This document shows positions 6,838 to 15,365 of a stretch of 32,000 bases of DNA, piece after piece. The stretch lies in assembly GCF_008065095.1 (NCBI RefSeq), contig NZ_CP042911.1:1890001-1922000 (forward strand), given 5' to 3'. Below the pieces are notes generated by a model, which worked only from the letters and a program-made list of their open reading frames with translations, was not told the DNA's origin and ran no database searches. The DNA is from Gemmata obscuriglobus. Its GTDB lineage: Bacteria > Planctomycetota > Planctomycetia > Gemmatales > Gemmataceae. Position 1 is the stretch's first letter. Every line of letters begins with the position of its first letter. The position numbers were made by a program, and so were the translations under genes.

Positions 6838-9800
6838 ATGCCGCGATTCTCCCTCGCGTTCGCCCTTGCGCTACTCGTTTCGCTTGGGGGGCTCGCGCCC
6901 CCGGGCCGCCTACTCGCGCAAAAGGAGTTCGGGTTCGACAACCGCAAGGGGTCCGGGCAACCGTACCTCAAGCCCGACGAAACCGTCGCGAAGTTCAAGG
7001 TCGCCGACGAGTTCGAGGTGAAGCTGTTCGCCGGCGAACCGCAGGTGGTCAACCCGGTCGCGTTCACCATTGATGAGAAAGGCCGCGTCTGGGTCGTTGA
7101 GTGCTTCGAGTATCCCAACCGGACCCCGAAGGGCAAGGCTCCCCGCGACCGCATCGTGATCCTCGAAGACACCGACGGCGACGGCGTGTGCGACAAACGC
7201 ACCGTGTTTGCCGAGGGGAAGGACTTCCCGGTGCCCGAGGAGCGCGCGAAGGCGGGATTGGGTGCGTTCGACCTGTGTACCGGAATCGAGGTCGGGCACG
7301 GCGGGGTGTTCGTCGGCGCGGCGCCGTACCTCTACTTCATCGAGAACAAGAACGACAAACCCGGCAAGTTCGAAGTGCTGCTGAAGGGCTTCGGCAGCCA
7401 GGACACGCACGAGACGCTCAACACCTTTCAGTGGGGGCCGGACGGCTGGCTGTACGGCCTGCACGGCGTGTTCACCCAGAGCAACGTGCAGTCCGCGGAC
7501 GGCCCCGAGACCCGCATGAACGCCGCCGTGTGGCGGTACCACCCGAAGCAGAAGAAGTTCGAGGTGTTCGCCGAGGGCACCAGCAACCCGTGGGGCATGG
7601 ACTGGCGCAACTCCGACGGACAGTTCATCCTCGCGTGCTGCGTGATCCCGCACCTGTACCACATCGTCCCGGGCGGTATCTACAAGCGCCAGGCCGGCGC
7701 GAGCTACAACCCGCACGCCTACGGCTTCATCAACGAGATCTGCGACCACACGTTCCACAAGGAGAGCGGGTGGGCGCACGCCGGTCTCATCTCGCTCGAC
7801 GCGCCGCACATGCCGAAGCGGTTCCAGAACAGCGTGATCTTCGGCAGCATCCACGGGTGTAGCATCAAGCAAAACGTTCTGAAGCCGAACGGCAGTTCGT
7901 ACACAGCGGCCCGCGGCGACGACTTCCTCCAGAGCGGCGACAAAAACGTTCGGCCCATCAACCTGAAGTGGGGGCCGGCGGGCGACATCTACCTGATCGA
8001 CTGGCACGACCAGAACCCGTGCCACCAGACCGCGCCGGACCAGTGGGACTACGAGCGCGGCCGCGTGTACCGCATCCAGCTCAAGGGCACCAAGACGAAG
8101 AAAGCGGAGGACTTGGGGAAGAAATCAACTGCCGAACTCGCAAAGCTGTTAGACGATAATGGCCCGTACCACTGGCGAACGGCACTAAGGCTGTTAGGTG
8201 AACGGCTCAATGACACGTCGGAGAGGGCACAGTGCCTCAAAGCAATGGCGGAGAGCAGCGGGCATGGGGGCCGTTCGTTGCTGATCTACACGTACATCAC
8301 CAACATCATGGATCGGGAGAGTGCCGAAGCAACACTGAAGAACGCCAAGCGGCTCCTTAATGTGCTGAAAGCCGACGGGAAAACGGTTGACGCGGCTGCA
8401 CTTGGTTTCATGGTCCGGGGTTTGGCCGATGCGGGCCTGTCCGGAGATGCTATCAGCTTCTTGACCGACCTGGGCAATCAAGTGCCTCCCCGCGCCCGCC
8501 GCGAACTCGCCTCGGCCGCCGTTCGCCTCGGCGACAATCACGACGTGGCGCCGCTGCTCCGCGCCCTCCTGGCACACAAAGAGGATGCGAAAGATCCGAT
8601 CATCCCGCACTTGGTCTGGCTCGCCTACGAAAAGGTGCTGACGCAGGAGCGCAAGGCGCCCGCGGAAACCCGGGCTGACGCCCCCCGCTCGCCGACGGAG
8701 AGCGAACTCGCGTGGCTCGCCGAGCAGGCGCCCGACAACATCTTCGTGCGCGACTCCATCGTTCCCAAGGTGATGCGCCGGCTGGTCGCCACTGGGAAGC
8801 CCGAAGACCTGAAACAGTGCGTCGAGTTCGTTGCGAAAGTGAAGGACGCCGCCACCCGCGAGAAGGCGCTCGACGGCCTCGCCCTGGCGCTCGACAAGCA
8901 AGCGGTGACCGCGCCGGTCGCGTGGGCCGCACTCCAGGCCGAAATCGCGAAGGAGAACAACCCGAAACTCGTCGCACTCGCGAACAAACTCGCGGTCAGC
9001 TTCCGCGACCCGGTTGCGGTGAAGCGGGCGCTCGACGTTGCGGCCAACCCGAAGCTCCCGATCGAGGCGCGCGGCGAGGCCGTGCGGCAGCTCGCATTGC
9101 TCAAGCCATCCGAGGCGCTGCCCCTGCTAGTCGCACTCGCGAGCAAGGCGCCGGACACCCCCGATGCCCTGCGCGCGGAGGCCGTGCGGGCGCTCGCTGC
9201 GTTCGACGGTCCGACCGTGCCGAACGCCCTCCTCGGCAACTGGAAGGATGTGCCGAAGAGCGTGCGCCCCGACGCGGTCAACACCCTCAGCACCCGCAAG
9301 GAGTGGGCACGAGCGCTGCTCACCGCGCTGGCGGACAAGAAGCTCGACCGGGCCGAGGTGACGGACAACACCGTCCTCCGCATTCAGGCGTTCAACGATA
9401 AGGAGTTGAACGCGCTGATCGAAAAGGCGTGGGGCCGGACCCGCGCCACGCCCGCGGAACTCGCCAAGCTGATCGACAAGACCCGCGACTCGCTGTACGA
9501 GACGCCGGCGTCGTTCGAGCGCGGCCAGAAAGTGTTCGAGGCGAACTGCGGAAAGTGCCACAAGTTCGACGGCAAGGGCGCCGAAGTCGGGCCGCCCCTC
9601 GACGGCGCCGGCCGCGACATCGAGTACCTGCTCGCCAACGTGCTCGACCCGAACCGCGTCATCGGGGCGCCGTACTTCCTGCGCACCGCCCGGCTGCTCG
9701 ACGACACCGTGTTCTCGGGGCTGCTCGCGGAAGAGGACGACAAAACCATCACGCTGAAGCTCGAAAACGCCGTCGTGAAGAAGATCAAGAAGGAAGACCT

Positions 9801-10281
9801 CGCGGAACCGGTGCGCGTCGCCGAGAAGTCGCTGATGCCCGAGGGGCTGGGCTACAACATGACGCCGCAGGACTTCCGCGATCTCGTCTGCTACGTGATG
9901 GCGAACCCGTTCGTGACCGCTGCCACGGTCAACGGAACGAAACTGAAGGTGGGCGTTCCAGGGCGGCTGGTGCTCCCGGACACGAAAGGCGCCCCCGCGG
10001 TGCTGGAAGCCGAGTTCACCGCACCTGTGGAACTGAAGACGAAGCTCCTCATCGGCTCGACCGGAGACTACGAACTGCGCCTGGACGGGAAGGCGATCGG
10101 AACGGGTAAAGGCGCGGGCAAGGACGTTCGTCCCGACCGTGACGGTGTTGAAGTGACGCTCCCGGCGGGCACGCACACGCTGACGGTGGTCGTGAAGGGG
10201 GCGGGGGTGAACGTCGTGTACGCCCGGTTCCTCGACCCGGACCGCAAGCTCCGCTACCCCGAACCGGCCGAGAAGAAGTAA
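6838..10281 (+). CDS. PVC-type heme-binding protein: membrane-bound dehydrogenase-like N-domain, HEAT-like repeats, cytochrome c CxxCH domain and a C-terminal beta domain
   Basis: ATG at 6838 with a signal peptide (MPRFSLAFALALLVSLGGLA). The N-terminal segment (AFTIDEKGRVWVVECFEYPN..DRIVILEDTDGDG) is typical of planctomycete and verrucomicrobial putative dehydrogenases. A long helical repeat region follows. The single CGKCH heme motif lies at 9547-9561. Confidence 0.85.
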   Translation: MPRFSLAFALALLVSLGGLAPPGRLLAQKEFGFDNRKGSGQPYLKPDETVAKFKVADEFEVKLFAGEPQVVNPVAFTIDEKGRVWVVECFEYPNRTPKGKAPRDRIVILEDTDGDGVCDKRTVFAEGKDFPVPEERAKAGLGAFDLCTGIEVGHGGVFVGAAPYLYFIENKNDKPGKFEVLLKGFGSQDTHETLNTFQWGPDGWLYGLHGVFTQSNVQSADGPETRMNAAVWRYHPKQKKFEVFAEGTSNPWGMDWRNSDGQFILACCVIPHLYHIVPGGIYKRQAGASYNPHAYGFINEICDHTFHKESGWAHAGLISLDAPHMPKRFQNSVIFGSIHGCSIKQNVLKPNGSSYTAARGDDFLQSGDKNVRPINLKWGPAGDIYLIDWHDQNPCHQTAPDQWDYERGRVYRIQLKGTKTKKAEDLGKKSTAELAKLLDDNGPYHWRTALRLLGERLNDTSERAQCLKAMAESSGHGGRSLLIYTYITNIMDRESAEATLKNAKRLLNVLKADGKTVDAAALGFMVRGLADAGLSGDAISFLTDLGNQVPPRARRELASAAVRLGDNHDVAPLLRALLAHKEDAKDPIIPHLVWLAYEKVLTQERKAPAETRADAPRSPTESELAWLAEQAPDNIFVRDSIVPKVMRRLVATGKPEDLKQCVEFVAKVKDAATREKALDGLALALDKQAVTAPVAWAALQAEIAKENNPKLVALANKLAVSFRDPVAVKRALDVAANPKLPIEARGEAVRQLALLKPSEALPLLVALASKAPDTPDALRAEAVRALAAFDGPTVPNALLGNWKDVPKSVRPDAVNTLSTRKEWARALLTALADKKLDRAEVTDNTVLRIQAFNDKELNALIEKAWGRTRATPAELAKLIDKTRDSLYETPASFERGQKVFEANCGKCHKFDGKGAEVGPPLDGAGRDIEYLLANVLDPNRVIGAPYFLRTARLLDDTVFSGLLAEEDDKTITLKLENAVVKKIKKEDLAEPVRVAEKSLMPEGLGYNMTPQDFRDLVCYVMANPFVTAATVNGTKLKVGVPGRLVLPDTKGAPAVLEAEFTAPVELKTKLLIGSTGDYELRLDGKAIGTGKGAGKDVRPDRDGVEVTLPAGTHTLTVVVKGAGVNVVYARFLDPDRKLRYPEPAEKK

Positions 10282-10312
10282 AGGTTTGTGAGACCGCGAC
10301 CCGCGCGAGCGG

Positions 10313-10765
10313 TCAGCCGCGCAGGTCGCAGTCCTGGTATTTCAGCTTTTCGTCAAGTTCGATGACCAGAACGTGCCCGCCAAAGAGTTCCGTTCCGTCG
10401 TAATGAAACTCGATTGCGCTGTAACCGCTGACATCCACGTTGACCAATTCAAGACGCAACCGGCTCAGGAGTTCTCCCTCACCCAGTTCGCCACTCCCGC
10501 CCGCCCACGACTCGTTGTAGAGGTCCGAAACTTCTGCTCGCAAAGCCGTGCGAAGGATCTTTCGCTCAGCGCGAATGGCCCGCTGGTACAACATCACCGA
10601 CGTGTTCAACGTTTCGGCTGAGCCATGCTCGTCAACGATAACAACAGACCACTCGCCGGATAAACTCGAGACGCGACCAACCCATTCGCCGGACTGCTTC
10701 GTCCAGCGCAATTCGCCAAGGGCCGCATGCGCGATAACAAGTTCGGCGGGTTGCTCCGCGTTCAT
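10313..10765 (-). CDS. hypothetical protein, immunity-protein-like (possibly DUF2262-like)
   Basis: 150-aa ORF in visibly lower-GC DNA, cytoplasmic and acidic. The FGGH..IELD C-terminal pattern reminds me of small immunity or DUF2262-type proteins. That assignment is from memory and unverified. Confidence 0.55.
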   Translation of the reverse strand: MNAEQPAELVIAHAALGELRWTKQSGEWVGRVSSLSGEWSVVIVDEHGSAETLNTSVMLYQRAIRAERKILRTALRAEVSDLYNESWAGGSGELGEGELLSRLRLELVNVDVSGYSAIEFHYDGTELFGGHVLVIELDEKLKYQDCDLRG

Positions 10766-10781
10766 GATTCCGGCCTCTGTC

Positions 10782-10871
10782 TCACTTCACCGCGAAAGGA
10801 CGTTCGGCGACCTTCATCACCGCACGTTCCGGGATCGGAGCATGAGCACGTCCAAATACTAACGGCTTGCC
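10782..10871 (-). pseudogene. decayed duplicate of the 3' coding end of the 11471..12634 gene
   Basis: The minus strand reads ..IPERAVMKVAERPFAVK* (TGA at 10784-10782), against ..IPERAVAKVAERPFAVK* at the real gene end. The ungapped core 10785-10838 versus 11474-11527 is identical at 46 of 54 positions by hand alignment. Upstream homology (gagcacgtccaa..aacggct.gcc) continues only with a 2-nt indel that breaks the frame. Confidence 0.7.
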
Positions 10872-10935
10872 GGGCGGCAACAACTACCGCCACCGTTAGT
10901 TCCAGAAGGCCGCGGGTACACCGTGATCGGCTCAC

Positions 10936-11193
10936 TTAGACTTGACGAATCTGCCAGCACACCAATACCCGAACGCGCGTCTCGCCTGGGTACACGCGAT
11001 ACCGCACCCCAAGCGGGGAGGCGTACATCACGCGGCGGCTGTTCGGCCGAGACTCGCCTTCATTTTCTGGGTCACTGGCAAGTGCTGCGCCGATCGCGTG
11101 CGAGGCGGCGGACACAGAGTTCTGGTCGGTTGCGTTCATCCAGATGACGGCCAGTTGGTTAATCGCCCGCCGGCTCCACGTCACCTGAAACAT
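10936..11193 (-). CDS. RelE/ParE-family type II toxin
   Basis: ATG at 11193 (MFQVTWSRRAINQLAVIW..). The 85-aa protein has the ParE-like layout, ending in beta strands (RRVMYASPLGVRYRVYPGETRVRVLVCW). The start overlaps the stop of the upstream small ORF (TGATG at 11195-11191). Confidence 0.7.
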   Translation of the reverse strand: MFQVTWSRRAINQLAVIWMNATDQNSVSAASHAIGAALASDPENEGESRPNSRRVMYASPLGVRYRVYPGETRVRVLVCWQIRQV

Positions 11194-11423
11194 CAGATTT
11201 TCTCCCCGCGGCGAATCTTCTCCCACGCCTCGGCGAGTGAATAAGAAACTGGATCGTTCTCGATCTCGACCCACTCGGCCTCGGTCAGATCCGGTTCGCC
11301 AGTCGGGATGGGCGGAAGTACCACTTGGCGCACCGGTTTACCGTTCTCGTCGGCCAGGATCACCTCACCCGTTGCGGCCTCGAACTGCGCCAGCGTCGCA
11401 GCGTCCAATCGAATTACGGTCAT
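11193..11423 (-). CDS. putative antitoxin of the ParE-like toxin
   Basis: A 76-aa acidic protein encoded immediately upstream of the toxin and translationally coupled to it. The family is not recognised from sequence. Confidence 0.6.
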   Translation of the reverse strand: MTVIRLDAATLAQFEAATGEVILADENGKPVRQVVLPPIPTGEPDLTEAEWVEIENDPVSYSLAEAWEKIRRGEKI

Positions 11424-11470
11424 GCGTTTACCCTCCGGTACTTCATTTTCGCACAGTCACGGGCGCCTGT

Positions 11471-12634
11471 CTACTTCACCGCGAAGGGGCGTTCGGCCAC
11501 CTTCGCCACCGCGCGCTCTGGGATCGGCTTCAGCACGTCCAACTCGAACGGCTCGCCCACCCGGTTCCCGCACACGTCTTCCAACCGGGCGTCCACGACC
11601 AGCTTGTAATCTCCCTTGCCCCACGCACGCGCTGGGGCAAATGTGACCACCCGCTCCCCGCCCCCAACCGTGACGGTGCCCTCCACCGTTTTGCCGCTCG
11701 CGTCGCGCACCGACAGCAGGCGGGCCAGCAGCGCGCGGTCCAGCGGCTTCGCCAGCCGGATGATGAGCGGCGCGTCGGAACCGGCCCGCGGGGGCATCAG
11801 CGCCCAGTCCTCGGGCCACACCGGTTCGTCGTCCGGGGCGGACACGCTGAACGCCTTCGTGAACTTCGCCGTGAGCGGGCGGCCGTCCAGGTCCTCCCAC
11901 GCCGCGTCGATCTCGAACGTGTAGCGCCGCCCCTCTTCGAGGATGGGGCCGTCCTCTTCGCGCGGCTTCAAGCCGCGTTTGACCCGCCCCGGGTCGAAGA
12001 GGAGCGTCAACCGCGTGCCGTCCGGCGACCACAACTGCTCGTCGATTTCGAGAAACGGCGTCAGCACCTGTCGGCCGTCGTCGCGGGTCAGTTTGATGTG
12101 GCTGTAGGTAGCGGCGCGTGACACCGGCCCGGAGAACTGAACGTAGAACCGGAGCGTGTTTTCGGGCAGGCGGTTCGCCGACGGGAACACACCGGCCACG
12201 CCCACCCGCGGCCCCGGCGGCGGCTTCGGGAGCAACACTGCCAGCGCGAACGGCGCCGCGGCGATTTTCACCCGCGGTGCCGCTCCAGGGGTGACGAACA
12301 ACCGGTATTTCGTTCCGGGCACCAGCGGGAACAGCGGCTCGAAGCGCAGCCCGTCATCAGTCACGGCCCACGCACCCGCGACCCCTTGCTTCTTCGTGAC
12401 CTCTTCGGGCGTGCCCTCGTCCACCACGAGCCGCGCCACCCGGGGCCACTCGTCCGCCGTCAGCTTCGCGGCGGCGAGCGCGGTCAGGTGCGGTTTCTCA
12501 ATGCCGGTAACAACCACTGCCGCCGGAACGCCGTCCTTCGCTGGCCGGAGTTCCGCGTTCGGTTCGGCACCTCGCGCGGGCGCGAGAGCGGCGAACAACA
12601 GCAGCGCCGTGAGGGGCACGCGGGGGGCGGTCAT
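11471..12634 (-). CDS. secreted hypothetical protein (beta-rich, Ig-like-looking)
   Basis: ATG at 12634 gives a clean signal peptide (MTAPRVPLTALLLFAALAPARGAEP). The upstream 36 codons of the ORF-track frame are not needed. G/C third positions hold throughout. No catalytic motif. Confidence 0.8.
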   Translation of the reverse strand: MTAPRVPLTALLLFAALAPARGAEPNAELRPAKDGVPAAVVVTGIEKPHLTALAAAKLTADEWPRVARLVVDEGTPEEVTKKQGVAGAWAVTDDGLRFEPLFPLVPGTKYRLFVTPGAAPRVKIAAAPFALAVLLPKPPPGPRVGVAGVFPSANRLPENTLRFYVQFSGPVSRAATYSHIKLTRDDGRQVLTPFLEIDEQLWSPDGTRLTLLFDPGRVKRGLKPREEDGPILEEGRRYTFEIDAAWEDLDGRPLTAKFTKAFSVSAPDDEPVWPEDWALMPPRAGSDAPLIIRLAKPLDRALLARLLSVRDASGKTVEGTVTVGGGERVVTFAPARAWGKGDYKLVVDARLEDVCGNRVGEPFELDVLKPIPERAVAKVAERPFAVK

Positions 12635-12702
12635 GGGGTCGGTTCCGTGCGGTGGTGGGCGCACGGATTGTAGCCGCCGAACGGGCGGAAAGCACGCGCC
12701 GG

Positions 12703-13857
12703 CTACATTTGCGGGATCAACGACTGGAACGGCTCTTCGCACGCGTCGGCGACATCACGCGCGGCCATGTACGACGGAAGGATGATCCCGTTGAGGATCG
12801 CGTAGGCCCCCATGTGTACCGTTGAGAACAGCACGCGGGTGAACATGTTCACCCCCGCGTTCGTCTCGATCATGAAGGCCACGAACACGAAGATGAGGAC
12901 CGCGAGCAGGGCGGGGCCGCCGGACACGCGCCCCGCCGCCCGGGTGCAGCGGTGCGCCAGTTCGTCGTCCAAAGCCGCCCGCGCGAGGCGCGACAGGAAC
13001 ATCATGATGAGCACCATCCGGATCATCTCCGTGATGCCGGTGATCATCGACAGCAGCATGCGCCCTTTCGGGGCGATCCCCTGCGCGTCGGGGTACACGA
13101 CGGCGGTGAGGTAGAACATGGTGGCGTTCAGTTGCGTGGGCAGCAGGTCCCAGCGCACGTTCGCGCCCTCGACCCGCAGCGCGCTCGATTCCGTCCCCTG
13201 CACGACGAGGATCAACAGCAGGAACAGGTGAACGGCGGTGGCGATGGCGGCCGCGACCCCGTACCCCAGGTGCCCGCTCGCCCGCGGCCCGGTCAGGCAC
13301 AGCGCCACGCCCAGCGCCCCGAGCGCCCAGTTAAACATGCCGAGCAAGCCGGCGACGACCACAATCGCGCCGCTCGGCTCGGTGAACGCGCCCTGGAAAA
13401 AGAACCCGGTGGCGAACAGCATCGACATCATGAACAGGCCGAACGACACCTGGATCAGCTTGCAGCCCCACGAGGCCCGGTCGAACGCGGCGCGGCGCGA
13501 GGCCCGCTCGTCGGGCGTCAGCCCGTCGTCCGCCGCCGGCCGCCGGCGCTTCCGGGGGCGCTCGTCGTCCTCGTCGGGCGGGTCGAAGTCGCGGTTCTCG
13601 TCGTCCTCATCGTCGCCGTAGTCGTCACGCCGCGCGCGCCGGCCGGTCGCCCGCTTCCGGGGGCGGTCGTCGTCCTCATCGTCTTCATCTTCGTCGCGCG
13701 GGCGCCGGCGGGGGCGCGGAGCGTCTTCGTACTCCGCTTCGGACGAGACGCTATCTGCGGGCGCGAACACGGTCGTACACGCGGGGCAGCGGATCAGCGC
13801 GGTGGTGCCGTCGGGCACCTCGAGTCCGCTGCGGCAGTTCGGGCAGGTCAGCAGCAT
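12703..13857 (-). CDS. zinc-ribbon / charged-linker / multi-pass membrane protein (paralog 1)
   Basis: The N-terminus is CPNC..x17..CPAC (MJ0042-like zinc ribbon). About 110 aa of alternating Asp/Glu and Arg/Lys runs follow, then about 6-7 hydrophobic helices. Homology to the next gene is clear (NW-x6-G-x3-C-x2-GP ... VHL-LL). Confidence 0.8.
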   Translation of the reverse strand: MLLTCPNCRSGLEVPDGTTALIRCPACTTVFAPADSVSSEAEYEDAPRPRRRPRDEDEDDEDDDRPRKRATGRRARRDDYGDDEDDENRDFDPPDEDDERPRKRRRPAADDGLTPDERASRRAAFDRASWGCKLIQVSFGLFMMSMLFATGFFFQGAFTEPSGAIVVVAGLLGMFNWALGALGVALCLTGPRASGHLGYGVAAAIATAVHLFLLLILVVQGTESSALRVEGANVRWDLLPTQLNATMFYLTAVVYPDAQGIAPKGRMLLSMITGITEMIRMVLIMMFLSRLARAALDDELAHRCTRAAGRVSGGPALLAVLIFVFVAFMIETNAGVNMFTRVLFSTVHMGAYAILNGIILPSYMAARDVADACEEPFQSLIPQM

Positions 13858-13885
13858 CGATCGATCTCGAAGGGGCAGAGACGGT

Positions 13886-15052
13886 TCAGGCCCGCGCCGC
13901 GAGCGCGCTCGCGGTGTCCTTCGCCAGCAGCGCGGGCGCCATCATCATGAACGCGTAGGCGAACTGCGACAGCAGGGAAACGGCCGACGCGAGGTGGAGG
14001 CCGGCCCGCACGAACCCCCACTCGGCGACCAGTATGGTGACGAACAGCGTGACCGCCGTGACCCCGCCGCACACGCCGGCCACGGCCGTCACCGCGGGAC
14101 CGGCGCGGGCGGTTGCGGCGCTGCTGCGGGCGGCCTGCGCGAGCCCCTTCAGGGTGAGGACGATCAGAATCAGTCGGGCCACCTCACACCCGCCGGCGAG
14201 GAACTTAACCAGAACCCCGCTGCCGAACGCCTGCGGGGCGTAAAGGAGCAGCGACAGCACGCCGTTCAGTGACGGGATGGCGGTCGCCATCGTGGCCCAC
14301 AGCGGTTCCCCGCCACCGAACCGGTCGAGCGCGTCGCCCCGGAGCGCGAGGCCCACGAACAGCAGCCCCAGGTGAACGACGGACAAGACGGTCGCGGCGA
14401 TGGCCGTGCCGCGGGCGCGTTCCGGACCGGCGATGCAGAACCCCAGCCCGATCAGTGACATCACCCAGTTGGTGCACCCGGCCAGTCCCGCAAGGGCCAG
14501 GAGGGCGCCCGGTTGCTCGCCGCCCGCCCAGCCGAGCAGGGCCAGCAGCGCCAACAGGCCGAACGTGCTCATGTAGATCCAGGCGCCGGTGCCGAGCAGC
14601 AGCGCGCCGGTGCGGGCAGGGCCGAACCCCGCCGGCCGGCGTTTCGGGCGCGGCCAGTCGTCGTCGTCGCGGCGTCTCGTTTTCTTCCGGCGCCGGTTGT
14701 CCTCGTACTCATCGTCTTCGTCGTCACGCTCCCTCTTCCGTCTCCGGGGGCCGTCGTTCCAGTCGCGCGACCTCCGGGGCTTTTCGTCCACGACCTCGAA
14801 GTCATCGTACCCGGACGAGGGTGCGACACGGGGAGACGGCGATTGGGGGACGGGAGCAGTTCCCGTGACCTCGTTCCCGGTCGGCCGGGATGCACTAACT
14901 GGGAAGATGTTGCCGCACTTGGGACATTTGACGTTGCCGCTGACCCCGTCGGGGGTTTTGAGCTGCGCGGGGCATTTGGGACAGGCGACAACCGGCACGG
15001 GCGTCCTCCGCGGGAGGGACGGTAGTGCTTTGCTTTCTACCGCCCGGACCAC
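13886..15052 (-). CDS. zinc-ribbon / charged-linker / multi-pass membrane protein (paralog 2)
   Basis: CPKC..x17..CPKC ribbon, an RRRKRERDDEDDEYEDNRRRKKTRRRDDDD linker and a hydrophobic C-terminal domain. There is no ATG at the 5' end. The options are GTG at 15052 (longest) or GTG at 14998 (VPVVACPKC), which would mirror paralog 1. Confidence 0.75.
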   Translation of the reverse strand: MVRAVESKALPSLPRRTPVPVVACPKCPAQLKTPDGVSGNVKCPKCGNIFPVSASRPTGNEVTGTAPVPQSPSPRVAPSSGYDDFEVVDEKPRRSRDWNDGPRRRKRERDDEDDEYEDNRRRKKTRRRDDDDWPRPKRRPAGFGPARTGALLLGTGAWIYMSTFGLLALLALLGWAGGEQPGALLALAGLAGCTNWVMSLIGLGFCIAGPERARGTAIAATVLSVVHLGLLFVGLALRGDALDRFGGGEPLWATMATAIPSLNGVLSLLLYAPQAFGSGVLVKFLAGGCEVARLILIVLTLKGLAQAARSSAATARAGPAVTAVAGVCGGVTAVTLFVTILVAEWGFVRAGLHLASAVSLLSQFAYAFMMMAPALLAKDTASALAARA

Positions 15053-15365
15053 AGGAAGGGCAATGCCGGAAACATGCAGAAGCCGGGAAACTGGGGTCAG
15101 GACGCGCCAAGAAACGCCCGGCCTGCCCGGTCGCTCACGGCCCCGCGACTGGCGCCGGCGGTTCCATGCGCCAGTTGCAGAACGTCCGTCGCGTCATCGG
15201 TGTTTGCCGCGCTTCGGAACGTGGTCGTCCACATGCTGGTCCGCGTGACCGCCGACAATTGCGCTCAAGTGATGCGACGGTTAGCCGCACCGGTCCACGA
15301 AGCCATCGAACTCCTATCCCCGCCATCGCGAAACTTTCAATGGCCCTGCAGAGCGGGCAGAGCGA

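Noticed and set aside
15053-15365. Possible gene in the 313-nt gap (ORF-track 15074..15394 +, 15025..15411 +, 15135..15326 -)
   Set aside because: The translations have no recognisable motif and an Arg/Ala/Pro-biased composition, and they run against the local strand trend. The gap is more likely the promoter or leader region of the zinc-ribbon gene cluster. A decayed gene relic cannot be excluded without a search.
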